Shown: positions 38,901 through 53,400 of the stretch, piece by piece | Layout: the number at the start of each line of letters is the position of its first letter | How positions within the stretch are numbered: the stretch's first letter is position 1 | NCBI GenBank assembly: GCA_964016885.1 | Contig: OZ024748.1 | Location: 30,628,001-30,692,000, forward strand | DNA: 64,000 nucleotides | Reading direction: 5' to 3' | From: Eledone cirrhosa | Lineage: Eukaryota | Notes under the pieces: model-generated | What the model was told of the DNA's origin: nothing | The model's database searches: none | Seen by the model: the letters and a program-made list of their open reading frames with translations, nothing else | Translations under genes and position numbers: made by a program

Positions 38901-41083
38901 AGGTCAATGAAGGTATAGACAGACTTTATCCTGGCGATGCTTGTATTCTTTTTGCACCAGGCTCTCACATCTACTTACCAGGTGGGCCACATCTTCCACA
39001 TTCTTTCCACGGAGCCTGCATTTCTGGGTGTCAGAAGTTTTGTAGATGTTACACTTCACCAAATTGGTAGTAAGAGCTTAGTCTTACACTGCAACTATAA
39101 GGCTTTGAGTGGCACGCTTCAAATCATCTTGCTTAAGCCATGTCCATGATGTTATTTTATTATCATTATTATTATCATTCTTACGGGGTCGATAAAATAA
39201 AAAAGTACCAGTAATGCACTGAGATAATTGGTGGCCTTGTGCCAAAAAATAGAAACAAATATTATTATTATAGATCTGTTCTATTTCTTTATTGCCGAGT
39301 TCTGGCTTTGAACCTAAGGTAATAGAGGTTTTCATTATAGAGAGAGAACTCGTCTGAGAATGTGTGCCGTTCCTAGTAGCCTGATCTTTTGTAGCTCATA
39401 TTTGCTGATCTTGCAGGGAAGGACACTAAGGTGCAGGACCGATGATTTGGGTATTAATCCTAATGTCTCTATTACTACAGGAATAATGTTTGCAGTTGAT
39501 ATTAATTTCCTTGTCTTTGTATTTTGACAGTTTTTCCATTGTTTTTACAAATGTGTTGTTATCAGCTGGTTACATGTCTGATCTGTTTTGTTTTTTATGA
39601 TGATATCTGGTCTGTTGGCAGCAATTTCTCAGTCAATTATCACAGGCATATCCCAGAAGATGGATATGTTCCTATTTTCCATTACTGTTTTTGGTTGATG
39701 TTCTTATCATTTGTCAGAGGTTTGGATGTCATGAAAGCGGCAGAGCATCCAGTGCACATATTTAGCAATGCGGTTATGTCTTTCTATATAATCAGTTTTT
39801 GTCAGCTCTGAACACCTGGAGATAACATAATCTACCATTTCTTTGTATTTGTAGCATATTCTGTGTAGAGAGCTAATCCCATCTTTCACTATTTTGTGTC
39901 TATAGGCCCAAGGGTTTAGAGATTGGTCTTGTGCAGCAACTAAGAATCCCTCAGTCTTTGCTTTTAAACGAGCACTTCTGAGCCAGGATAGTGAGCCATG
40001 CTGATTGATATCATTGTCAGAAAGTTGTTCTGGGAATCTACCATGTAGTGGCTTTGCCTCCCATTCACGGTTTAGTTCCTTTGTTTGGAGTTTCTTTGCT
40101 TTGATCTTCTCAGTCATAGCTAGCTGTGCAGCACTCTGTTGTTGATTTTCTATAGCTCTGTCTTGTTCCATGTTCAATTTTTGCCTAAGTTTGCTTGCCT
40201 CTTTTGTTATTGAGTGTAGCTTTTTAATCCTTTCATGCTTGAGTACAGGCTTAAGATATTTTCAAGGTTGGAGAGCAATCTTCCCTTGAATGTTGCTTTT
40301 GCACACTTGTCCAATCCAAATTCCATATGGATGTCATCACTGTTTCACTGTGTGCATTAAACCTTCCAACTGCCCATCATTATTTCCAAATAGCTTGATA
40401 CCATCCATATAAAGAAGGTGACTGTAGTATGTGTTGTCTACTTTATATCCATAGTCTGTCCTCCACAGTAACTGACTTAGCAGAGCAAGTGACACACAGA
40501 ACAACAATGGGGGCAATGAGTCGCCTTGAAATATTCCACATTTGATCTTGATCTGTCTAGTTTCCAATGGTCCATTATGGTGTTGAAGGACCATCGCAGT
40601 TTTCCAGTCTGTCATCATTGCCTTCAGGAAAGTTGTGATCTCGGGTGCTATGTGATACATTTCTAGTGTCTTTATGATCCATGAATGAGGTACGTTGTCG
40701 AATGCCTTCTTGTAGTCTATCCAGGCCATTGACAAGTTTTTCTTTTTCTTTTTAAAGTTTTCTATTATGAGTCTATTTATTAGTAGCTGATCTTTGCACC
40801 CATAACTCACTTGTTTACAGCCTTTTTGTTCAGGTGGCAATAGCTCTCCTCAGACGAGGTAATTGTAGACCCTGTTGGTAATCACTGGTGTGAGAGCTTT
40901 GTACATTATTGGGAGACATGTAATTGGTCTGTAGTTTTGGGGATTTTCTGTGCATTCATTCTTCGGTAGAAGATACGTTACGCCAGTAGTCATCCACTTT
41001 AGGACCTCTCTTGGGTTTGCTATAATCCTGGAAAATTCAGCAGCCAAGGCTTCATGGAACACTTCCAGATATTTCAGCCAGAA

Positions 41084-41127
<44 letters not shown>

Positions 41128-43166
41128 CATCATCATCGTTGTTATTCTTGGAGTCTCAGTCATTGATGTTATTTAATTGGAAAGTTTGTTCAAATGAACA
41201 TCAAACCACTACCTGCAGCCTCAGATATTCAGGACGTATCGGAGGGTTCTTGAAATGTTCCAAAAAAGGGGGTTGGACTAATGATCTTCAACCATCCTTG
41301 AAAACTCTTTGAGATACTACCTAGTGCTCCTATGACAATCGGGACGACCTTGATCTCATGACAGTCCCAAATCCTTTTTAACTCCCACTTTTCATTTATT
41401 TATTCATTTAGACTGGAACATTAACTGAAGATGGCTTGGACTTATGGGCAGTTATTCCAACTGAACATAACCAGTAAGTAAATTATTTTTACTTCTGACA
41501 TAGATGTTATAATGTAAGTTATGATAGATGTTTTCTAATATCTTTGGTAAATTTCACTTGTAGACAAGGTTCCTACCTCCTTTTAGTCCTATGATATGTG
41601 TGAAATTGCATTGCCCAGTGGGTGGCTGATGAGGGTGCTTTTGTTCATTTGTTTCACGTATATATATATATATTTTTTTTTGTGTGCAATTTTGATATAT
41701 ATATATATATAGCCATGAAAGAATAGATTTTATATATGGTGGAGAAAATTCTTTTGCCTTGCAGGGGACAAGGCAAAATCTCGAGTGTTGATGCACCCTG
41801 TACACTCTGCAAAGTGGTTGTTGATTGAACAGAGACAACATAAAGTAGAGTGAACACTTTAGTTTTGTCAACACCACCAACAACAGCAATAACATCATCA
41901 TCATTAACAACAACAATGGCAATAACATGAATAACAACAACACCTGCAATAACATCAACAACATTAATACTATCCTATAATGATTTAACAGAAAATGTCT
42001 AAAAATGGGTTTGTTAATTTAAATGTTTTTGGTATCTTTACTAGTGGACAGATCTTGTGGAAAATTTGCAGTAAACTATAATAATGATTATAATTTTTAA
42101 TGTCATGCAGTTACACACAGTGCTGTTTTGTACCGTTCAAGAAGGTTTTGTTAATGTGGTTTTATGTGGTACAGGATATTAAGAGTTAACATTGTTGAAA
42201 TTCTCATTTAGGTTCCGGGGATTGGTTTATGAACCGTCCAAGATGCCTCACTGCCCTCTGTCTATATGTATGGCCTCATGTCATTCACTAACTATGATAG
42301 AAGGTGAACTGTGTGGTGATCCTTTGGACCTGAAAATGTTTCTCTCTCTCAATTGGGTAAGTCCCATTGCTGCTTCATATATTCTTGTTGCTTTTTATTC
42401 TTTCTCTTCTCTTTTTATTTATTCTTCATTTGTTATTTATTTGGTAAGTAATTCCATCATGGAAGTGTCATTTTAGTCATTAAACACTCACATACACACA
42501 TAAAAAGAATGTACTTTACTTTTACCATTTATTTCTTGTTGTCAAAATGTTTGTCACCCTGTTCGTGACCAGGTCACAAAGAGGGTGACCGACATTTGTC
42601 ACCCTGTTTGTGACCTGGTCACAAAGAGGGTGACTGACATTTGTCACCCTGTTTGAGACCTGGTCAAAAACCTCACATTCTAAAAAAAAGTGTTAATAGC
42701 TTTTGAATTAACCACCATACAACATGTTTTTCTTACACTGGTCGTCCTCTGTTTTCATTAGAGGCCAAGTGTCATGTTAGCATAGAACTGCTAGATTCAT
42801 TATCCGAGTGGTGCGTGCTGCTACACTCACTACAAAGACCAATATATTGACTTCGGCACCTGCTGAGGAGTGAAATAGCCCAATTATGTAATTATCTGCT
42901 GATAATATGTAATTTTCTGAATACTGCAGATTTAATATCTGTAGTTGTGAAGTCTATTGCACAGAAACGGATTCTATCGAGGATATAGGTGCATAACGTA
43001 TATGTACCAAAACACAGCTGCTGCACTTGCTATTAACTAAATTGTGTGCAGTCTGAACAACGGGATGCATTTTACTACTGCAATCTTATGGATTCATTGA
43101 ATGGGTGAGTCATGGTTGGAGATCAATGAATTAATATCAATAGTTTTCGTAAACCTCATATATATG

Positions 43167-43197
<31 letters not shown>

Positions 43198-43441
43198 ATT
43201 CATTTATGTTGTGTGGTTCACCAGGCCATTGAAATGTATGTAGTGTTTTTTGCAACATTAAAACTTTAAAGCGATATTTCCAGTTCTGTCTTCTGTTGTT
43301 TTAATTAAATATATGTATATATATATATATATGATTTCTTTTGAATGAAACAGTTCTAGTCCTGCAGATGCCATTTCTATATTAAACTTGATGTTTACAC
43401 TCTACTAATGTATTGAGTACCTTACTAACTGTGTATATGTG

Positions 43442-43493
<52 letters not shown>

Positions 43494-46400
43494 TGTATAT
43501 ATATATATCATCATCATCATTTAACATCCATTTTTCCAGGCTACCATGGGTTCATCATTTAACGTCTGCTTTCTCTGCTAGTAAGGGTTAGATATATATA
43601 TATATATAAATCTGTTTCATTTATAAAGTATCATCTTCAAAATTATAGTTTTCTTCCCCACCACCTCCTATTCTACAGTTACTTAATGTGATCTGATCAT
43701 TATATACTTTTGGTAGTTTTTGGTAGGGGAAGTTTTAATTTTGTGCTACAACCAAGAATCTTTCAGCCTTAGCTTTGTGTCCTACACTTTTTAGCTAGTG
43801 TTATGAATCTTCTTTAGTCTATTTCCATCCTATTCATTTTTTTTTTAGGTATTAACCATGTAGGGGTTTTTCTTGCCATTGTTTCACCCTAGCTTTCTGT
43901 AGCTATCGTTTTATCCTAAGTTTTATCCTTTTTACTATTTCTCCTTTATTTTCTTCATAAGTATCTGTCATTTCAGCCTCTCTTTTGTATGTGTTGGCTT
44001 AAAGACAGAAACATTTTTTCATTCATTCATGTTTCACAGTCATTTGTATCACCTTCATCACCATTATCTCCTGTTGTTTGTGAACCAAGAACATGAAGTT
44101 TCTGCTATGACATTAGAATTTTTTTTTTTTTTTAGGGAGGGGGGGGGGGGGGGGGTTATTGACTTACTTTTGCTTGAAATTGAGAATAATGACAGGGTTT
44201 TGCATGCCTGCCTGCTCATATGCATTGTCATGCTGTTCATAATGGTGCATCTTGAATTGAAAATTGTTGTTGTTGATTTCATTATTATTGTTATTGTTAT
44301 TTGAAACTTTCTTTGAATTCTGTTTCTTTCCCAAACCATGCCGAGTGTCAACCTGGCACCTGACGCAAAATTTGATAATACACACATTTTACAATAAATT
44401 GTTATACAAATGATGCCACAAGGGCATAAACAACAATAAATGTCTTTGCAAGGTATTTAAATTGATAATCACCTTATTATTATTACTATTATAATTATTA
44501 TTGCTGGCCTTGTGCCTAAAGAAGAAACCATTATTATTATTACTATTATTATTATTATTATTATTGATGATGTAACCGGTTTAATTATGCTTCCCTTTGG
44601 ACTATGACCTGTGGTCAAAGAGGGGAAGTGTTTGACCATTGGAATTTTTTCTTTACTTTAATTATATTGTCACCTTGTTTTTTGTAGTTTTGACAAGTTT
44701 CCATAAAGCCACACTTCATCATATTATACCATCCTTAATGTGCTTTCTGTAAACCATTTGTGATTAACAAAGAAATCATCACCATTGTCATTTTATCATC
44801 ATAATCGTTGTCATCATCATTGCCCCATCATCATTGCCATCATCATCATCATTGCCATCATCATCATCATCATCATCATTGCCATCATCATCATTATCAT
44901 TGCAGCAATTCTTTGCTTAAACTTTAATCTGTTATTTTAATAAATATTTTCTCTATGGTTTTTATATATTTGATATATATTTATCCTTATCGAATCCTCT
45001 TTGGATTTTAGTCTTCACATTTATTATTATTACTATATATATATATACATATATACTTAAAAAGAAATGTACATAGATATATACAAACATTCATATTCAC
45101 ACACACATGAATATATATATATATATATATACACAGACATGCATACATCTGTGTATATATGCCACTGCTGTTTTTCCATACATTTAGGCTTTAGATTTAT
45201 ATATATTTCACACAGCTTTCTGTCATATTTTTCTTCTTCTATATCTACCTTGTCTTCTAGCTTGGTACTTATTTCTTCTTCCTCCAAACATATTTCCACT
45301 TCCTGTCTTCCTTTATCTTGCCATCATCTGTCTCTTGTTTCCCTCATTCTGTTTTCTTTTATCTTCTCATCTTATGTCATAATCTTCTCTCATCTATATC
45401 TTGTCATCATCTTTTCTCATTTATATATTGTCATCATCTTCTCTCATATCTTGTCATTTCCTTTCACCTTGTCATCATCTTCTCTCATCTATATCTTGTC
45501 TGTCATCATCTGTCATTTTTTGTTTGTTTATGATCTTCAATCACTTTCTTCTTCAATATACACAAAAAATAGAAGACAAACCTTTGCTATTTTCATCTTC
45601 TGTCATCATCTCCTGTCAGCTTCTGTTTTCATTTCCTTCCTCTTTTCTCATCTCTTTCCTCTTCTGTTATCTCCTTCATATTTCCTTTGTTCCTATCTTC
45701 AGCTTTTATTATGATCCAGTTATTATTATTATTATTACTGGTTATTATTATTATTATTATTATGGGCGGTGGATTGGCAGTATCGGTAGAGGGTCGGATG
45801 CCATGCTTTCCAGCATAGTTACGTCCCTTTACGATCTGAGTTCAAATTCCGCCGAGGTTAACTTTGCCTTTCATCCTTACGGGGTCGATAAAATAAAGTA
45901 CCAGTAATGCACTGGGTAATTGCTGGCCTTGTGCCTAAAGTAGAAACAATTATTATTATTATTACTACTGTTATTATTACTGTTATTACCTTTGTTGTTA
46001 TTGTTGTAGTTGTTGTTATTACCATTCACAGTAGTTAGTGTGTATGTGGTTTTGACACCACACACACACACACACATATTATTAGTAGTACAGGTTAAAA
46101 ATTTAAGAAAAAAAAAAACTTCTGCTTTCTCCATAAGCAAGATCATCTGAAACTGAGAAAAATCAGTCTGTAGACACAGAAATAAATATTTCAAAAACAT
46201 TACGACCAATTATTGCCTTTAGAAAAGAAGAAGACATAATGGAAGTGTGTGAGGACATTCTCTTGAGATGAACAGAATGTATGCAAGAAGAATTATGTCA
46301 TTATGTGGAGTGAGAAAGACAACTTCTTGTTATAAAAAATCAGGAGACTAATATTCTTTTTAGAATAGCTGAATAATTTCCAGCTACCATATATATGGAA

Positions 46401-47154
46401 AATGATGTTAATATTAGTAAAAGGATTAAACATAAAAATATTGATGGTATTAATCATAGTAACAGTAATGTTTTCGAATTTAGGTTCATACATAAATATG
46501 CACTGACCGCCATGGATGCATTCATAAATGACAATATAGTGTATGAAAATTATACACACACATATACGTATATAGATATATACATATGTGCATGTGAGCA
46601 CACAAATATATACATGCATATACATATATGCACATATATTCGCATATACACACATGCAAGCTTATACATATATATGCATATACATTCAATATACATATGT
46701 ACATGCGCATACATCTACATACATATTATATATATATATATAAATTGAATATAAAGTTAGATTGTTCTTAGCTACCACATCATGGCGTATATCATGAGTA
46801 TAGTGTCCGTACTATCTGTTAAGATATGTTTATTGGCATAAAAGATTTACGTTATAGGGTCTAACTTTAACTAATATCTCCCAGTGTAACCTATACTGGA
46901 AGTTTTTGTTTTTTAAACTCCAAATATAGGCTGAAAGTAATGTCATGTTCCTTCTTAAAGGGTTATGAAATGAATGAGAGTGCTTGTATAGACGCTACTT
47001 AAATCTATTGACAGTTAACCCTATGTAAACCTTACTAGACATGGGTGTGTTAACCTTACATTTGTAAACTATATTGCTTCATAGTCATTTCCTGGCTAAA
47101 GTGCAGTAGTCCCTATTGATACAATTGAAGTTAGAATTAACTTCAGGATAAATA

Positions 47155-47196
<42 letters not shown>

Positions 47197-49324
47197 ACCT
47201 CTACAGGACTAGAACTGTTTCATTTGAAGGAAACCATCAGGAAAGCCTATATCTATATATATATGTTTATGCTTATACAGAAACTGCATAATTTGACAGC
47301 TGCAGCTGAACAGGTTAGGGGTTGGGAAATATGGATGATGTCTGAGGTAGCGATTATGGAAGTTGTCTTAGTTCTAATATAGGCATTTACTTCAGGATTG
47401 GCTTTGTTTTTATGAATGTTTTTTTTTGTATGAGTTTGGAATCCGATGGTCTTATCCACTGGATGTTTTGTTTGTTCTTAGCTTTATTTTTCGTTTACGG
47501 CATTTGTGTTTGTTCCGGATGTGTCTGCATTCAGATTTGTGTGTTTGATGTTCCTACTTGGTTGTTTGCATATATATGTGTGTATATAGTATATATATGT
47601 GTAATGTATGTGTATGTATATATATAGGGTAGTTATTGATGGTGAGTAGACTAGTTGGAGCAATAACGGTCTTATTTACACATATATACCCATACACATG
47701 TACATCTCTCTATCTCTCTCTTTCTTTTTGTTTTCTACGTTGAGCAGGTACTGGATGAACCCGGTAAAGACACAACACGCTTTGATAGTCTCATGCCAAC
47801 GGTGGTGCGCCCTCTTCCACACACCACCGCCACCACCATTGCTACTACTGCCTCTACTTCTGACTTTACTACTACTACTACTACTACTACTACTGCAGAG
47901 GATAGCAGTGCCTTATTTACTACTTCTAATGGTTCATTTTTGCACTTTGGTGATTGTGATTCTTCCATGGTAGGGAACAAAAAAAAAAAAATAACAAGCC
48001 AACCCCCTTCCTGCTTTTTATTATTGTTTTTTTGGGGGGGTTTGTTTTGGTTGTTGGTTTTTTATTTTTTTTTTTTTCCATTTTTCTGCTTGCAATATTT
48101 TTTTAAACCCTTTTGTATGATGCATGAAACTGGCTAAGAATGCATGTTTTAATAATGTCTGGAGATATATAGGATTGAGGAGGGGAGTGACAATTGGAAA
48201 CTTGTCAAATGGCAACTAATTGTCCTTCAAACTTTCCTAACAAGTGAAGAACACATTGGTTTTATTTTAGATAGAGAAAGAAAAGGGGACAAGAATAGTT
48301 GTGATGTTCTTAATGATAGATCTGCTGGATCACGTCTCGACAAATATAAGACTTAATATCCAGACTTAATATCACCGCCATCATTAGAGCAGTGGATTGG
48401 CAGAATCGTTAGTGCACCAAATGAAATGCATTGCAGTATTTTGTGACATTCTACATTCTGAATTCAAATTCTGCTGAGGTCAACTAAACTTTTCATTTTT
48501 ACAGGGTCGATAAAATAAAGTACCAGTTATGGGGTCAATTTAATCAACTTCCCACTTGTCAGAAACCATTATATTATTGTCTCTTTCTCTGCCAGTTGTA
48601 AAAAGTTCTTCCTCACCTGTAATTCCATTTTGATTTGTGAGTTTCATTCGCAGACCGGGTGATGCATTGCGTCCTTGAGCAAGACACTTTATTTTACATT
48701 GCACTAGTTTACTCAATTGAGTGAAAGTGCATGGCTTAGTTGATAGAGCATTCGAAAAATTGTGAGTTCGATTATCGGACCGAGTGGTGTGTTGTGTCCT
48801 TGAGAAAAACACTTTATTTCACATTGCTCCAGTTTACTCAGTTGTAGAAATGAGTTGCGATCCTGCCAAATCAATGGGTGGCAGTAGTTCCAGCAGCACG
48901 CATCAAAAGACTGGTGTGTTGGTTCTGAAAGCAATGTGGCTTTGCAGATGATCAATGCAAATTGACAATGGAAAGGCGCTTCTGCTCAAGTTAGAAGAGA
49001 ACTATTGACCTTCAGGAGAAGCAGCGACCCCTGATTGTATTCAGCAACTGAAACAAATATGAAGTACACCAAATCCAATGCTCCTAGGGGCAGCCTGGGT
49101 CTTCTTATTTGCGAGTGTAAACTCGGCCAGATTAAATTAGATTACTCATCTGTAGAAATGAGTTGAGGTGTCACTGGTGTCTAGTTGTATTGCCATTGTC
49201 TTTCCCTTGGACAACATTGATGACATGAAGAGGGGAGACTGATATACATGGGTGACTGCTGGTCTTCTATAACAACCTTGTCCAGGCTTCTACCTTGGAG
49301 GGGGAACTTTCCAAGTGCAAATCC

Positions 49325-49404
<80 letters not shown>

Positions 49405-50382
49405 ATATATATAGATATATATATATATAAAATATATATAGATATATATAATATATATATATATATATATCTAAAATATATATATAATATATATAAATAT
49501 AATATATATATAAATATAATATATATATATATATAATTTTTGTGTTTGTGAGAGAGTTTACTATTCTGGGCTTGAACCATCTTACTAATCCCTTTAATTA
49601 CACCCACACATACACTTTTTCCTCACATGCATACACAATTAATCCACTAAATTCTTAAATAACTAAACTTGTGTCTTAACCCTTTAGCATTTCAACCAAC
49701 TGTATCTAGCCAGAATTTTCTCACCTCTTTCTCTTCAAACTGGCTGTAACTGGCCATTCATACTGACATTAAAGTATTATTCTCAAAATAAATAGCATCA
49801 AAATCTTGTAGATTTGATATTATGTAAGATAAAGCCTTTACCACAAAAATACAATAGTATATATAATGTAAATGCTAAAGGGTTAACTCAGAAATACTAA
49901 TATTTGATTCTTTCATAATTTATTAACCCTCTTGAAATAATTAATATTTTGCCTCAATAATGCACTAAATGTCATGCTTTTTAAAAATGTATTTACATAT
50001 ATATATGTATATATATATACACACATACACACACATATAATGAACCAACAAAGCTGAAACTTGAAAGTCACTGCCACTTTTCTCTGAACAACAGGTCCTG
50101 GAAGAACAGGTCAACATCATTGGTAGTCATTGAGCTGCAAGTTTTTACATCAGTGTTTTCCCTTAGAATGATGTCCTAACAAGGACCAGGTGTCTCTCAC
50201 TCCCGGTGGGCTTACCGCTTGTCCAGTCACCAACCTAAGTATTAACATGTCCCCGTGCATATATATATATATAATCATTTAACATTCGCTTTCCCAGCTA
50301 GCAAAGGTAGGATGGGTCTACATAAACCAAGTCAGTACTGAATCAGTGCCACAGACATCTGTATCCTGCTTATGATATATAT

Positions 50383-50445
<63 letters not shown>

Positions 50446-50446
50446 A

Positions 50447-50496
<50 letters not shown>

Positions 50497-53400
50497 ATAT
50501 ACATACATCAAGCTGCTGCTTTTGCATAAAATATTGCTTTTTATTACTTTTTATTCTCCTTGCCTTTCTTCCTTCATTCCTTTCTTCTTTCTTTCTATCA
50601 CTGCATTATTTACCAATTTAGATCTGCTGACTTGTTTTCTTTAAATTCCAAACATGCAAGACAAAAAAAAAATCTAAACTAAAATCAAAGAACAACAAGC
50701 AAAGAAACAAAAAAATAACTTCCAGAAATCTATTTTGGAGATTTCCATGTTCTTCCTTGCAGGGGTGGAGGAAGTTTTCTGCAATAGTTTAACATTGAAA
50801 CACTACTCCTGTGTTAATTGCAGGTAATACAAGAACCAGGTGGGGAGACACACAAATTCGACAACTTCACGCCAACTGTTGTTAAACCTTGCTCCAGTGC
50901 TAGTTTCACAAACGAGGATCAGGTGAAAAATTACATACCTTTAATGAATTAATGCCAACTTTCATTAAGTATTGTCAAAGCTCTCTTTTTCTTTATCTTT
51001 TCTTTATGTTTCTACTTCATTACATGTTCTTCTTCAACTCTTAATTCTTTAGTAGCAAAATATTCTCTGCAAATAAATTGTTTTTCTGTTATTATTCTTT
51101 TTCATATCTCTGTGGAGGCACATGGCTTAGTGGTTAGAGCATTGGCCTTGCAATCGAAAGGTTGTGAGTTCAATTCTCAGACCGGGTGATGTGTTGTTTC
51201 CTTGAGCAAGACACTTTATTTCACATTGCTCCAGTTCACTCAGCTGTAGAAATGAGATGATAGGGACTGGGTTCCCTATCATTCCACTGCAAAGTGGACG
51301 TGTAGGCGCCACGGAAAAAAAGCACCCACCACTCACTGTAAATGAGGTTGGTGTTAGGAAGGGCATCCAGCTGTAGAAATCAAGCCAGAATCAGTTCCCG
51401 TCCCACCCTTGCAAACAGGGAAAAGCGGACGTAAAATGAAATGAAATGATCTCTGTGTGTGTTTCTGTGTGCAGACCCAGTTTAGAATAGCTGCATCATA
51501 TCCCTGTGTCTTGTAATAGGCAACTAAAAGGGTATCCAGCTGTAAAATATTGCCTTGCCTGGGGGCCGCAAGGCTAAAACCAGCTTTTGCAAGGAAAATG
51601 GCCTTAAGAAACTTATTGTGTGGTTGTGTGTAAATATCATCACTAGTAGGGTATTCCATCTGTATATAGTTATCATCTCATTATAAGAATTAAATATGTT
51701 GTATTTTGAAGATATGTAGTATGTATATTCATGAGAATATGTATCTGATCAATCTAGACATGTTCAAACTCAGACCACAGTCCATCAATCAGGTCACCTA
51801 GGTATCAGTAGAACAGATACCAGATCAATGTGGTTCGGTCTCAAACAATAAGGTCACCTGCCTACCAAGTATATATATACCCGGTCATTCTAATTTTGAT
51901 TCACTCAGACCACATCGCTGTTGGAAGAAACAAATACCAGATCAGTGTGGTTGAAGCTCAGACCAATCAAGTCACCTAAGTATCAGAAGAACAGATAGGG
52001 ATCCAGTTGTTCAAACCACTAAATGCTGACTGACAAACCCAACAAGAAATCTCCACCACCCTATGTACCACATTAAACATCCTACCACTTCATGCACCAG
52101 ACATCCTCCTATCCTCCACCAAGTGGATGTCTTCCTTAGTTACGACACATTTATCACACTTCACACACGAACCATTTACAATCATTTATGTCAACACATA
52201 TATAAATATATACGAGACAATCACTTGATCACCTATAGATCGGGGGAACACACAAGCCAGGTAGATTATATCCTTACCAGAAGACGTGACAGAGTGTCTG
52301 TTGTTAACACTAAATCCCACCCCCATGAAGAATTCACCTCCCAACATAGACTGATAATTAGTGACCTCATAGTCAGGACGAGACGTACTAGACAGCGGAA
52401 GAGGACTATCCTCAGGAGAAAAATATGGAAGCTAAAGGACCCCATAGCCAGAAATAAATTTCAAAGCATATTACTTGACGCTTTCGACAGTAAGGAAGAG
52501 CAATTAGAGTCGTATAATATAGAGGAACAGTGGGAATTCCTGAGAGCAAACCTGCTGACGGTGGCAGACGAAGTCTGTGGCTGGAGCAGGCCTGTAGGTA
52601 GGAGGAGAGTAACATGGTGGTGGAACAGTAAGGTGGAGGAGTCAATTAAGGGCAAAAAGCAGGCTTGGAAAGTATGATGGGATGGGGGAAGTAGAGAAGA
52701 CTATCAAGTGGCCAGGAGGGAAGCTAGGAGACAAGTGTACTTCGCAAGAAGGGAAGCAGAGGAAAGAAAGTTCAAGCATGTTCTACAACGTGAGGACCAA
52801 AAACGTGAGGTGTTCAGGATTGCCAGGCAATGTGTCAAGGAAAACCGTGATATTGTCGGGGAGAAGTGTGTACTTAACGATGATGGCATACTTGCCATCA
52901 CCGACGCTGATAAGAAGGTAGCTTGGAAGTGTCACTACGAAAGGCTTCTAAATGAGGAGAACAAATGGGAGAAAGACAGTCTCCCCCAGATCGATCCAAT
53001 AGAGGGACCAGCAGTGTTAGTTGATGGTAGTATAATAAGTAAGGCAATCAAAGATATGAAGACGGGTAAGGCGGCTGGGCCTTCGGAAATAGTTGCTGAG
53101 ATGCTGAAGGCATCAGGTTCGGTGGGACACACCATGGTCACCCGGATAGTTAACCAAGTCGTACAGAATGGGGTTGTTCCAAAGGACTGGCGTAGCAGCA
53201 TCATCGTTAACTGCTATAAGGGAAAAGGAGATGCCCTAGATAGGAGTAACTATAGAGGCATTAAATTAATCGACCAGGTCATGAAGGTCACGGAAAAAGT
53301 AATAGCGCAACTAATCAGAGAGAGAATTGATCTAGATGAAATGCAGTTCGGGTTTGTGTCAGGCAAAAGTACCACAGACGCTCTTTTCATTGTACGACAA

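Noticed and set aside
45067-45714. 215-aa hydrophobic ORF; similar ORFs at 58045-58692, 1100-1651 and 46293-46748
   Set aside because: Low-complexity microsatellite-derived frames with no recognisable motifs
51114-51190. tRNA gene
   Set aside because: A and B boxes are present but run directly into a SINE core; no convincing acceptor stem
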